Assembly: GCA_043228905.1 (NCBI GenBank)
Contig: JBHGNT010000011.1
Location: 16,244,001-16,308,000 of the forward strand
Reading direction: 5' to 3'
From: Azolla caroliniana
Lineage: Eukaryota > Plantae > Polypodiophyta
DNA length: 64,000 nucleotides
Every line of letters starts with the position of its first letter. The first letter of the stretch is position 1. This document shows, in pieces, positions 41,216 through 52,477 of the stretch. A program made the translations under genes and the position numbers. The notes under the pieces were generated by a model. The model was not told the origin of the DNA, did not search any database, and was given only the letters and a program-made list of their open reading frames with translations.

Positions 41216-44200
41216 AATTGTGTGTTTTCACCAGAGAGAGAGAGAGAGAGAGTGTGTGTGTGTGTGTGAATTGTTCTCTTTGCAATGGACATGTTGTTTT
41301 GCCTCTCTCCATGCATAGTTTTGTTTGTTTGTTTGTTTGTTTGTTTGTTTGTGTGTGTGTGTGTGAACAGTTCTAGCCATCTAAGCTTGTGTATGTCATT
41401 CATGTACTCGTGATCTGATTATACACGTTCGTGCCTCGGCCTTAGGCACTTTGAAACAACATTACACACAAATATGTGCCTTTTGTGACAAAGAAAATGA
41501 CAAAACATTTTGGGAACCTTTTGTGCCTTTTGTCTCGCAAAAGTATAATGACCAAAGTGAATTTAGTCATTTATGCAAATCAAAGACATGCCTTGGTATG
41601 CGTCATATCTCCCTTTGGCATATGATTGAATAGTTTATTTTCAATTGTACTCCCACACCTCAATTACTAGATGGAACAAGCTCAAGGATAGACATTTGAT
41701 TTCAACACCTAATGGGGCTCTATCTACGTAAGCAACCAAGACGTCTTATTGGATATTGGAATAAACAAAAGAATCCATCAAGGGTGCATAGCTAAGTAGT
41801 AGAGCAATTGACTGCACTTCGATAGGTCATAAGTTCAATCATGGTTGCTTACGTAGAGCCCCGTTCGGTGTTGAATACATGGATTGCAAGCCCTGAACCC
41901 CATACACCTAACGGGGCTCTATGTAACCAAGAAGTTCTACGTAAGCGTATGATACACTTACTATTGACAAGAAGTTTTATTAGATATTGGAATAAACAAA
42001 AGAACCCATCAAGGGTGCATAACTAAGTAGTAAAACAATCGGCTGCACTCCGATAGGTCTAAAGTTCAATCTTGGTTGCGCCCTAAAGCAAGAAGAGTAG
42101 GGATTACCTCCAAGAACACTTACATCTTGAGATTATTAATTGCAAGTTTTTACACACGAACATGCATATGCCTTATGTGTTGAATGTTTCAAATCTAACA
42201 TGATATGAATACTATCATATCAATAACAAGTCTTATTGGATATTGGAATAAACAAAAGAACCAATCATGGGTGCATAGCTCAGTGATAGAGCAATTGGTT
42301 TCAGTCCGATAGGTCATCAGTTCTATCATGGTTGCGCCCTAAAGCAAGAAGAGTAGGAATTACCTCCAACAACACTTATACCCTAAGATTATTAATTGCA
42401 AATCTTTGCACACAAATATGTGTATGCCTTATGTGTCAAATGTTTCAGATATAAGATGATACGAATACTATCGGTAAGAAGTCTTATTAGAGATTGGAAT
42501 AAACAAAAGAATCCATCAAGGATGCATAGCTCAATGGTACAACAATCGGCTTTGTAGTTCGATAGGTCACCGATTCAATCTTGGGCGGTAAGAAGTCTTA
42601 TTAGAGATTTGAATAAATAAAAGAATCCATCAAGGGTGCATAGCTCAGTGGTACAACAATCGGCTTTGTAGTCTGATAGGCTTTGCGCCCTAAAGCAAGA
42701 AGAGTAGGGATTACCTCCAAGAACACTTACATTCTAAAATTATTCATTGCAAATCTTTGCACACGAACATGTGTATGCCTTATGTGTCCAATGTTTCAAA
42801 TATAACATGATACGAATACTATTGGCAAGAAGTATTGTTGGATATTGAAATTAAACAAAAGAATCCATCAAGGGTGCATAACTTAGTGGTAGAGTAATCG
42901 GATGCAGTCCGATAGGTCATCAATTCAATCATGGTTGCGCCCTAGAACAAGAAGAGTAGGTATTACCTTTAACAACACTTACATCCTAAGAATAAAAATT
43001 GCAAATTGTTACACACAAACATGCATATGCCTTATGTGCCGAATGTTTCAAATCTAAGATGATATGAATATTATCGATAAGACATCTTGGAATAAACAAA
43101 AGAATTGATCATGGGTGCATAACTCAGTGGTAGAGCAATCAGTTGCAGTCTGATAGGTCATAAGTTCAATCTCTTTTGTGCCTTAAAGCAAGAAGAGTAT
43201 AGATTACCTCCAACAACACCTAAGATTATTAATTTCAAATATTTGCACACGAACATGTGTATCCCTTATGTATCAAATATAACATGATACGAATACTATT
43301 GGCAAGAATCTAGAATCCATCAAGGGTGTAGAGCAGGGATTACCTTTAACAACACTTACATCCTAAGAATATAAATTGCAAATTTTACACACAAACATGC
43401 ATATGCCTTATGTGCCGAATGTTTCAAATCTAAGATGATATGAATATTATCGGTAAGACATCTTATTGGATATTGGAATAAACAAAAGAATTGATCATGG
43501 GTGCATAACTCAGTGGTAGAGCAATCGGTTGTAGTCTGATAGGTCATAAGTTCAATCTTTCTTGTGCCTTAAAGCAAGAAGAGTATAGATTACCTCCAAC
43601 AACACCTAAGATTATTAATTTCAAATATTTGCACACGAACATGCGTATCCCTTATGTGTCAAATATAACATGATACGAATACTATTGGCAAGAATCTAGA
43701 ATCCATCAAGGGTGCATAACTCAGTGGTAGAGCAATCGGTTGTAGTCCGATACGTTATCACTTCAATCCTGGCTGCACCCTAAAATAAGAAGAGTAGGGA
43801 TTACCTTTAACAACACTTACATGCTAAGAATATTAATTGCAAATTGTTAAACACAAACATGCATATACCTTATGTGTCGAATGTTTCAAAACTAAGATGA
43901 TATGAATACTATCAGTAAGACTTCTTATTGGATATTGGAATAAACAAAGGAAGCAATCATGGGTTCCTAGCTCAGTGGGAGAGCAATCGGTGGCAGTCCG
44001 ATAGGTCATTAGTTCAATCCTGCTTGTGCCCTAAAGCAAGAAGAGTATAGATTACTTCCAACAACACTAACAACCTGAGATTATTAATTTCAAATATTTG
44101 CACACGAACGTGTGTATCCCTTATGTGCCAAGAATCTTGTTGGATATTGGCATTAAACAAAAGAGTCCATCAAGGGTGCATAGCTCAGTCGTGCATGTGC

Positions 44201-46322
44201 CCTAAAGCAAGAAGAGTATAGATTACTTCCAACAACACTAACAACCTGAGATTATTAATTTCAAATATTTGCACACGAACATGTGTATCCCTTATGTGCC
44301 AAGAATCTTGTTGGATATTGGCATTAAACAAAAGAATCCATCAAGGGTGCATAGCTCAGTCGTGCAACAATCAGTTGCAATCCGATAGGTCATCACTTCA
44401 ATCCTAGTTGCGCCCTAAAACAAGAAGAGTAGGGATTACCTTTAATAACACATACATCCTAAGAATATCAATTGCAAATTGTTACAACAAACATGCATAT
44501 GCCTTATGTGTTGAATATTTCAAATCTAAGATGATATGAATGCTATCGGTAAGATGTCTTATTGGATATTGGAATAAACAAAAGATTCACCACTCATGGG
44601 TGCATAGCTCAATGGTAGAGCAATCCGTTGCAGTTCGATAGGTCATCAAGTCAGTCCTGCTTGTGCCCTAAAGCAAGAAGAGTATATATAACTGCAACAA
44701 CACTCACAACCTGAGATTATAATTTCAAAGCTTTGCACACGAATATGTGTATCCCTTATGTGTCAAATATAACATGATATGAATACTACTGGCAAGAATC
44801 TTGTTGGATATTGGAATTAAACAAAAGAATCCATGAAGGGTGCATAGCTCAATGGTAGAGCAATCAACTTCAATCCGATAGGTCATCAGCTAAACCCTGG
44901 TTGCGCCCTAATATAAGAAGAGTAGGGATTACCTTTAACAACACTTACATCCTAAGAATATTAATTGCAAATTGTTACACACAAACATGCATATGCCTTA
45001 TGTCTCGAATGTTTCAAATCTAAGATGATATGAATGCTATCGGTAAGATGTCTTCTTGGATATTGGAATAAACAAAAGATTCACCACTCATGGGTGCGTA
45101 GCTCATTGGTAGAGCGATCCGTTGCAGTTCGATAGGTCATGCTTGTGCCCTAAAGAAAGAAGAGTATAGATAACCTGAAAAGTCATGCTTGTGCCCTAAA
45201 GCAAGAAGAGTATAGATAACCTGAAAAACACTCACAACCTGAGATTATAATTTCAAAGCTTTGCACATGAATATGTGTATCCCTTATGTGTCAAATATAA
45301 CATGATATGAATACTACTAGCAAGAATATTGTTGGATATTGGAATTAAACTAAAGAATCCATCAAAGGTGCATAACTCAATCGTAGAGCAATAGGTTGTA
45401 GTCCGATAGGTGCATAACTCAATCCTGGTTGCGCCAAAAAATAAGAAGAGTAGGCATTACCTTTAATAACACATACATCGTAAGAATATTAATTGCAAAT
45501 TCTTACAACAAATATGCATATGCCTTATGTGTCGAATGTTTCAAATCTAAGATGATATGAATGGTATCGGTAAGATGTCTTATTGGATATTGGAATAAAC
45601 AAAAGATTCACCATTCATGGGTGCATAGCTCAATGGTAGATCAATCCGTTGCAGTTCGATAGGTCATCAATTCAATCATGCTTGTGCCCTAAAGCAAGAA
45701 CTGTATAGATAACCTGCAACAACACTCACAACTTGAGATTATTAATTTCAAATCTTTGCACAGGAACATGCGTATCCCTTATGTGTCAAATATAACATGA
45801 TACAAATACTATTGGCAAGAATCTTGTTGGATATTGGAATTAAATAAAAGAGTCCATGAAGGGTGCATAGCTCAATGGTAGAGAGATCGGTTGCAGTCCA
45901 ATAGTTCATCAGTTCAATACTGGTTGCGCCATAAAACAAGAAGAGTAGGCATTACCTTTAATAACACATACATCCTAAGAAGATTATTTGCAAATTGTTA
46001 CAACAAACATGCATATGCCTTAGGTATCGAATGTTTCAAATCTAAGATGATATGAATACTATCAGCATGACATATTCTTGGATATTGGAATAAACTAAAG
46101 AACCAATCATGGGGGCATAGCTCAATGGTGGAGCAATCGATTGCAGTCTGATAGGCCATTAATTCAATACTACTTGTGCCCTAAAGCAAGAAGAGTATAG
46201 ATAACCTGCAACAACATTCACAACCTGAGATTATTAATTTCAAATCTTTGCACTCGAACATGCGTATCCCTTACATGTCAAATATAACATGATATGAATA
46301 CTATTGGCAAAGAATCTATCAA

Positions 46323-46394
46323 GGGTGCATAGCTCAGTGGTAGAGCAATCAGCTGCAGTCCGATAGGTCATCAGTTCAATCCTGGTTGCGCCCT
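46323..46394 (+). tRNA. tRNA-Cys(GCA), best-preserved copy of the array (functional or recent pseudogene)
   Basis: Acceptor GGGTGCA/TGCGCCC plus U73 discriminator, D-stem GCTC/GAGC, anticodon loop CT-GCA-GT (one A-C mismatch in stem), T-arm ATCAG-TTCAATC-CTGGT. Confidence 0.7.
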
Positions 46395-47309
46395 AAAAGA
46401 AGAAGAGTACGGATTACCTTGAACAACACTTACATCCTAAGAATATTAATTGCAAATTGTTATACACAAACATGCGTATGCCTTATGTGTCGAATGTTTC
46501 AAATCTAAGATGATATGCCTTATGTGTTGAATGTTTCAAATCTAAGATGATATGAATAGTATCGGTAAACACAAAACCAATCATGGGTGCATAGCTCAAT
46601 GGTGGAGCAATCGGTTGCAGTCCGATAGGTCATCATTATAGATTAGCTCCAATAACACTCACAACCTGAGATTATTAATTTCAAATATTTGCACACGAAC
46701 ATGCAAATCCCTTATGTGTCAAATATAAAATGATATGAATACTATTGGCAAAAAATTGTTGGATATTCGAATTATACAAAAGACTCTATCAAGGGTGCAT
46801 AACGAAGTGGTAGAGCAATCAGCTGTAATCCGATAGGTCATTACTTCAATACTGGTTGCACCCTAAAACAAGAAGAGTAGGGATTACCTTTAACAACATT
46901 TACATCGTAAGAATATTAATTGCAAATTGTTACACACAAAAATGCATATGTCTTATATTTCAAATCTAAGATGATATCAATACTATCAGTAACAAACATT
47001 CTAAGATGATATTAATACTATCGGTAAGACGTCTTACTGGATAATGGAATAAACAAGAATGAATAATGGGTGCATAGCTTAGTGGTAGAGCAATCGGTTG
47101 TAGTCCAATAGGTCAACAGTTCAATACAACTTGTGCCCTAAAGCAAGAAGAATATAGATAACCTCCAACAACACTCACAGCCCGAGACTATTAATTTCAA
47201 AATTGTGCACACGAACATGCGTATCTGTTATGTGTCAAATATAACATAATACGAATACTATTAACAAGATTCTTGTTGGATATTGGAATTAAACAAAAGA
47301 ATCCACCAA

Positions 47310-47381
47310 GGGTGCATAACTAAGTGGTAGAGCAATCAGCTGCAATATGATAGGTCATCCGTTCGATCCTGGTTGCGCCCT
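47310..47381 (+). tRNA. tRNA-Cys(GCA)-like copy, probably pseudogene; last unit before the LTR insertion
   Basis: Acceptor stem intact, canonical GTTCGATC T-loop, GCA anticodon; D and anticodon stems have mismatches. Confidence 0.45.
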
Positions 47382-47407
47382 AAAACAAGGAGAGTAGGGA
47401 TTACCTT

Positions 47408-50400
47408 TGTTGAGCGGCAAGCTCAACTGGAGTCGGATCGGCTGAATAAGCTTGAGCCAGCAAGCGAGACGGATCGGTAAGCCATGAGCAACCGAGCTGG
47501 CAAACAACAGAGCCGATTAGCTGGATCCAGACGGTAACCGGAGGCCTAATATTAGTTTAGACTACTAGGAAGTTATAGTCTCGTAGTAAGTGTCAGATGC
47601 TCGTGTGAGCATTGAAGTATGCGGTACTTCTGTCAGTCCCACGAGGACTTGTATAAATAGTGCTACTGAGCACAGTTGTAAATACAGAGTGTCTATATCA
47701 TTTTTGAATATAGCTTTTACGTTTTGCTCTCTCTGTCTCTCCCATGTACTCTGTGTATTCTCTGCTTTTACGTTTACATGGTATCAGAGCATGAGGGTTG
47801 AGAACCTCTGCAACCGACAAACGCTTGAAAGCAAACCCTAACAGGTCGAAAGAACAGCAGACAGAGAAGTGGTGGATAGAGGGATGGCTAGCTCGCTCCC
47901 TGTGGAGAAACTCGACAGATCCAACTACGCATCTTGGTCGTACAAGATGCACCAATACCTGCTTGGGCATGGCTACTGGAGTTTCGTCGAAGGAGCCAAC
48001 GAAACAACACCTGATGCGGCACATAAGGACTTCCTAGTGTGGGAACAATCGGCAAGCAGAGTGATGTATTGCTTCGCGTCCAGTGTTGGAGACCAGCTGC
48101 TGAGCCACATTCGAGACGCCAAGACGCTGAAGGAGGCTTGGGGAAACCTGAAGAAGGTTTTCGCCGCAAGCACTACAGCCCGGAAGTTGCAACTCCGACA
48201 GGAGTTAAGCAATGTCCAACAGAAGGACATGTCGGTGGTGAGTTACACGGCCCAGATCAAAGAGATCTGTGACTCGCTTGCCTCTATCAACGTTACCGTA
48301 GAGGAAGACGAGATGGTACAGGTTTGTCTTGGGGGCCTGTCGTCTAAGTTCAGAGCGTTCCGAACGGCGGTATGTACAAGGGAGAATACGCCATCATTTT
48401 TCGACTTACATTCGATGCTCCTTGTAGAGGAGAACCATGCCGGTGCGTCAACTAACGCACCCATTGACAGCCGGATGCTGTACACGGAAGCGGATCGGTC
48501 CTGTGGGCGTGGTGGACGAGGTGGGTCGGCACGCAATGGAGGCGGCCGGCAAGACCAGGAACAAAGGCACAAAGAACGTGCCAACAATAGTTCCGGACCC
48601 TCCGGGAGCAGGGGGAGTCATGGCAGCACCGGAAGACGGCAAGAGAAGACTGCAACGGAATGCTGGTACTGTGGCAAAAAGGGCCACAGAGAGAGCGAGT
48701 ACTGGAGAAAACGCGCCGATTCGGACAAATCTGGATCCGGCAAGGCCGGCAAGGATGGTCGGCAAAGCTCGCACTACGCGAAGGTATCGGGAGGATCCAA
48801 GAACGGTAACGGGCCAGCCTTGGTGATGAAGCACGAGGCGAACTCGATGAAGAAGATCACTTCCAAATCAGAGGAAGTGTGGTATGTTGATTCCGGTGCA
48901 TCGAACCACATGACGAACCACAAAGAGTGGTTCTCCTTTTTGGAGAAACCGGATCAACCAGGAGTAGTCGAAACCGGAGACGACACTCCTCACCCAATTG
49001 TGCACGTCGGAGAAGTCCCTTTGAGCCACCTCAGACAGAAGGGGAAGCTGATGAACGTATTACACGTTCCGACAATCACGAAGAACCTGGTGTCGGTCGG
49101 ACAGATCGTCGACCAAGGGATGCAGGTGTGGTTTACGCACCTCGGGTGCTTCATCGAGGAAGAGGGCCAGATTATTGCACAAGGGCGCAAAGACGGGAGG
49201 ATGTTTATCCTCGACACCAATGACGTCGGCACCGCTCTGTTTGCAAAAGGATAGAAGGTCGAATCGGACATCGACCTGTGGCACAAGTGGATAGGGCACA
49301 TCAATTACTGGAGGCTTCAAGACCTGCAAGCGAAACAAGTTGTTTTCGGTTTGCCAAAGTTCAGCGACCGGAAGGCCCAAGTATGTGAAGCCTGCCAGCT
49401 CGGGAAGCAACACCGGCTTCCATTCCCTACCGAACGTAATCGGAGCCGTAACAAGCTCGACCTTATCCATTTGGATGTGTGGGGACCGACACAGAATGTT
49501 AGTCTCGGCAGGAGTCGATATTTCGTCTCCTTCATCGACGACTATACGCGGCACACATGGATCTACCTCATTGAGCGGAAGAGTGAAGTCTTCGAGTGTT
49601 TCCGGAGTCTCCAAAGCATGGTGGAACGGGAATCAGAGAGGAAGATCAAATGCCTGCGGTCGGATGGCGGAAAAGAATACTTTTCCGGCCAATTCAACAG
49701 TTATCTGCAGCAAAAGGGAATTCAGCGAGAGTTCAGTTGTAGATACACACAGTAACAGAACGGTGTTGCCGAGAGGAAGAACCGGTTGCTTATTGATGCG
49801 GTAAGGGCAATGCTGGAGGAGAAGAGCATGCCCAAATTCTACTGAGCGGAGGCAGTCCGAACGGTTGTCTACATCTAGAACCGGATCAGTGACAAGGTGT
49901 CAGCTCACGAGCTGTATTTCGGATGCAAGCCGAATTTAAGACACCTTAAGATCTTCGGCAGCATTGCATATGTGCATGTACCGGATGAGAAGAGGAGGAA
50001 GCTGGATGCAAAATCGGAAAAATGCATCCTAATCGGCTATGCTCAAGAGCAAAAGGGTTATAAGTATTATAACCCTCGGACAAAGCAGGTCCGAGTTAGT
50101 CGAGATGTCAAGTTCGATGAATCAGCATTGTGGTACTCCTTACCGGCCCCGACTTCCGAATCCGACCTGATGCCGGACGATGAGGCTAGTGAGCTTGAAC
50201 CTGCCCATGTAGATGATGATGAAGCGTGGACTCAGGATGAGAGTTCGGAATCGTTTCGGTTGAGCGGGCCGAACGAGAGACTGAGTCAATCTGACCAGTC
50301 CGATGAGGAACCGACGAGTAGTGGAGACTCTACCGTGCTCTCCTCGCGCAAGGAACCGAGGAGACGGTTCACGCGCAAAGAGAAAGGGAAGAAAAAGATG

Positions 50401-50535
50401 CCGGAATTCGAAACTGACAACGATGAGTCGGATCGGTGTGCATTTGACTCCGGCAAGGAGAAAGGCGGATCTTCGGCAACGAAGACCGAACCGACCAAGA
50501 AAGGCCTTAAACCGTGTAATGGTGAGTTACGCCGG
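47408..50535 (+). mobile_element. Ty1/Copia LTR retrotransposon A, 5' part (LTR, gag, PR, IN), decayed and interrupted by a Gypsy insertion before RT
   Basis: LTR TG..CA 47408-47778, PBS TGGTATCAGAGC (tRNA-iMet) 47779-47790, gag from ATG 47884, degenerate knuckle CWYCGKKGHRESEY, WYVDSGAS protease, IHLDVWGP..FIDD..LRSDGGKEY integrase; in-frame stops at 49252, 49753, ~49843, ~49876. Confidence 0.93.
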
Positions 50536-52347
50536 TGTCGTGAAGAAAACCGTCCACGAGCGGAATCGGTGCGCCGGAGCATAGGAACCGGCTCTTCATG
50601 CATGTACGCCTTACGTTGTACATAGAAGATCCTAGGTAGGAAGACTCGGTAGGTAAGAAGTTAATAGGAAACGGCTCCCTTCTTGCCTATAAAAGGAGGG
50701 AGACGAGGAGGAGGAAGGGATCGCGGAGAGTCGAGGACGAAGTGCTGTCGGTTTGTGGGCGAAGGCTTCTCTCTCTCTCTGGCTCGCAAACTCCATAGCT
50801 TCTTTCTGTGCAGGTTTCGTGAGGCTCGCGCTGCTCTGAGGAATGCCCGAGTGCTTCCGGCAGCACCTCTAACCCTCCTTCCTTTTTGCGCGTTTGCGAA
50901 CAGGCATCGGCATCTGTTCGCCGGCCTGTTCGGTTGTAACTGACTTCGTGTTTTGATTGTTTGTCTTTGTTAATACATACATACATTCGTGTCTCTCTGT
51001 GTCGCTGTCCCACTCGCGTCTTTGTGTCGAAGGGCCGTGTCCCTGTGAATCTACGCTCGCACGCAGTGGGTCTCTTCTCCTTTCTCTCTTGCTCTTCGGT
51101 ACAGGACCCCCGAGGTCCCGCCTCATTCCACGCATCAGCGAGGAATACCTCGACATCTTGGTGAACCCGACGTGAAGGAGGCGGCAGAAGAGCAGAAGAT
51201 GAAAGGGTCGGATCTTGCGGAGGCCATGGCTTCGGCCGTGGATCGGATATTGAGCGCACGCGAGGGCTCCGGCGCCCTCGACAGAGACATTGAGGCAATC
51301 GTCGGTACGATCGGCCGGTTCAGCGGAAGGGATGCCACGAAGTATTTGGCGTCCTATGGGGCAGAAATGTTGATGCGGGACATTCCGGAAGAGAGGCGTC
51401 TTGCCGGGTTTCCTCGAGTGGCGATGCCGAGCATCCATGCGGAGGTGCTCGAGGTGCGGGCGGAGAGCCGTACCTGGGAGGAGTTCGAAGGTCGACTCCT
51501 AGAAAAATACGGGCTGGACGATGCGCTCCGGCTTTCGAAACGGGAATTCATGGAGTGGGTGGAGTCCCCCGGCAAGGGGAGAAACGCATCGACACTCCTC
51601 CGGGAGTTCGAAGAACGCTTTGCGCGCCTTTCGGCGCTTGACCGAACCGTTCTGGATACGAGCCGGGTCCTATTGTTCGTCAAGTCGGTGGATGAGCGGG
51701 ACCGGGATGAAGTCGGCTCCTTGCTGGAAACCGAAGACGGGCTGACGACCGACTGGGCTGTGGTTAAGAGAGTCTGTGGCCGTTTCGACAAACGACGAGA
51801 ATGGGCTGATAACGGGGCGGCCGGTGCGGGCTCTGTCACAACAAGGAGGCTTGAACTGGCACCGCAAGGGCGAAGGGAAGAAACCCGGGAATGGCTCGGA
51901 ACCGGTCCGGCTTTGACCGGCATGGTCAGTGGCTCGTCCGGAGGAGCAGCGCTGGAGGAGTTGACGCGGGCGATAAAGGATCTCCAGATCGCCCAGACTC
52001 GAAGGGAAGGCGGTGAACCGGCTCGTGACCGACGGCCGGCAGCAGGGAACAGGTGCATGTGGTGCGACGAGGTCGGCCACATCCGGAAGGATTGCGGCGA
52101 TTTCGCAGAAGCGTTGAGGAACCGGGTGGTGTACCTGTGGGAAGGCCGGGTGCACGCCGGCGACACCAGAAGGGCCCTAAACCGAAACGACGGACGAGGA
52201 GGTATGAAGAGACTGATGGAAGAGGCAGCGGCCCGACACGTGGAGGCCATCCACTACTCGGCGTTGGCCGACATTCGGGTCGGGGGCAGCGAGGCCCGAA
52301 AGGAGGGCAAAGACGGATTCTGGTCGGCAATGCTGGAAGGTCTTGCC

Positions 52348-52434
52348 TGTTGAAGACAAGGCCGTGTCGATGCGGAAGATCAGATAGCATTCGATTGGGG
52401 TTTGATACCTGCGTATGACAGTTTGCAAGATCGT

Positions 52435-52477
<43 letters not shown>

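Larger units (their letters stand above)
41745..47407 (+). repeat. Tandem array of ~25 tRNA-Cys(GCA)-derived units (72-nt tRNA + ~170-180-nt spacer), A/B dimeric higher-order repeat
   Basis: tRNA 5' ends at about 41782, 42013, 42269, 42520, 42634, 42872, 43113, 43324, 43499, 43710, 43961, 44174, 44345, 44598, 44838, 45092, 45366, 45619, 45861, 46111, 46323, 46585, 46793, 47068, 47310. Consensus GGGTGCATAGCTCAGTGGTAGAGCAATCGGCTGCAGTCCGATAGGTCATCAGTTCAATCCTGGTTGCGCCCT folds as a cloverleaf. Confidence 0.93.

Noticed and set aside
42269-42340. Selenocysteine tRNA (TCA anticodon)
   Set aside because: No long variable arm or extended acceptor stem; it is a one-base variant of the neighbouring tRNA-Cys copies
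44417-44837. C/D snoRNA in array spacers (tRNA-snoRNA dicistron)
   Set aside because: Only a partial box C (ATGATA), and CTGA lies upstream of it in the wrong order; no terminal stem seen
41745-47407. CRISPR-like repeat-spacer array
   Set aside because: Spacers are homologous to each other rather than unique, repeats are 72-nt tRNA cloverleaves, there are no cas genes and the context is eukaryotic
51354-52250. 298-aa antisense ORF and other overlapping ORFs in 26-29 kb and 47-64 kb
   Set aside because: Shadow frames of GC-rich retrotransposon coding sequence with no recognisable motifs
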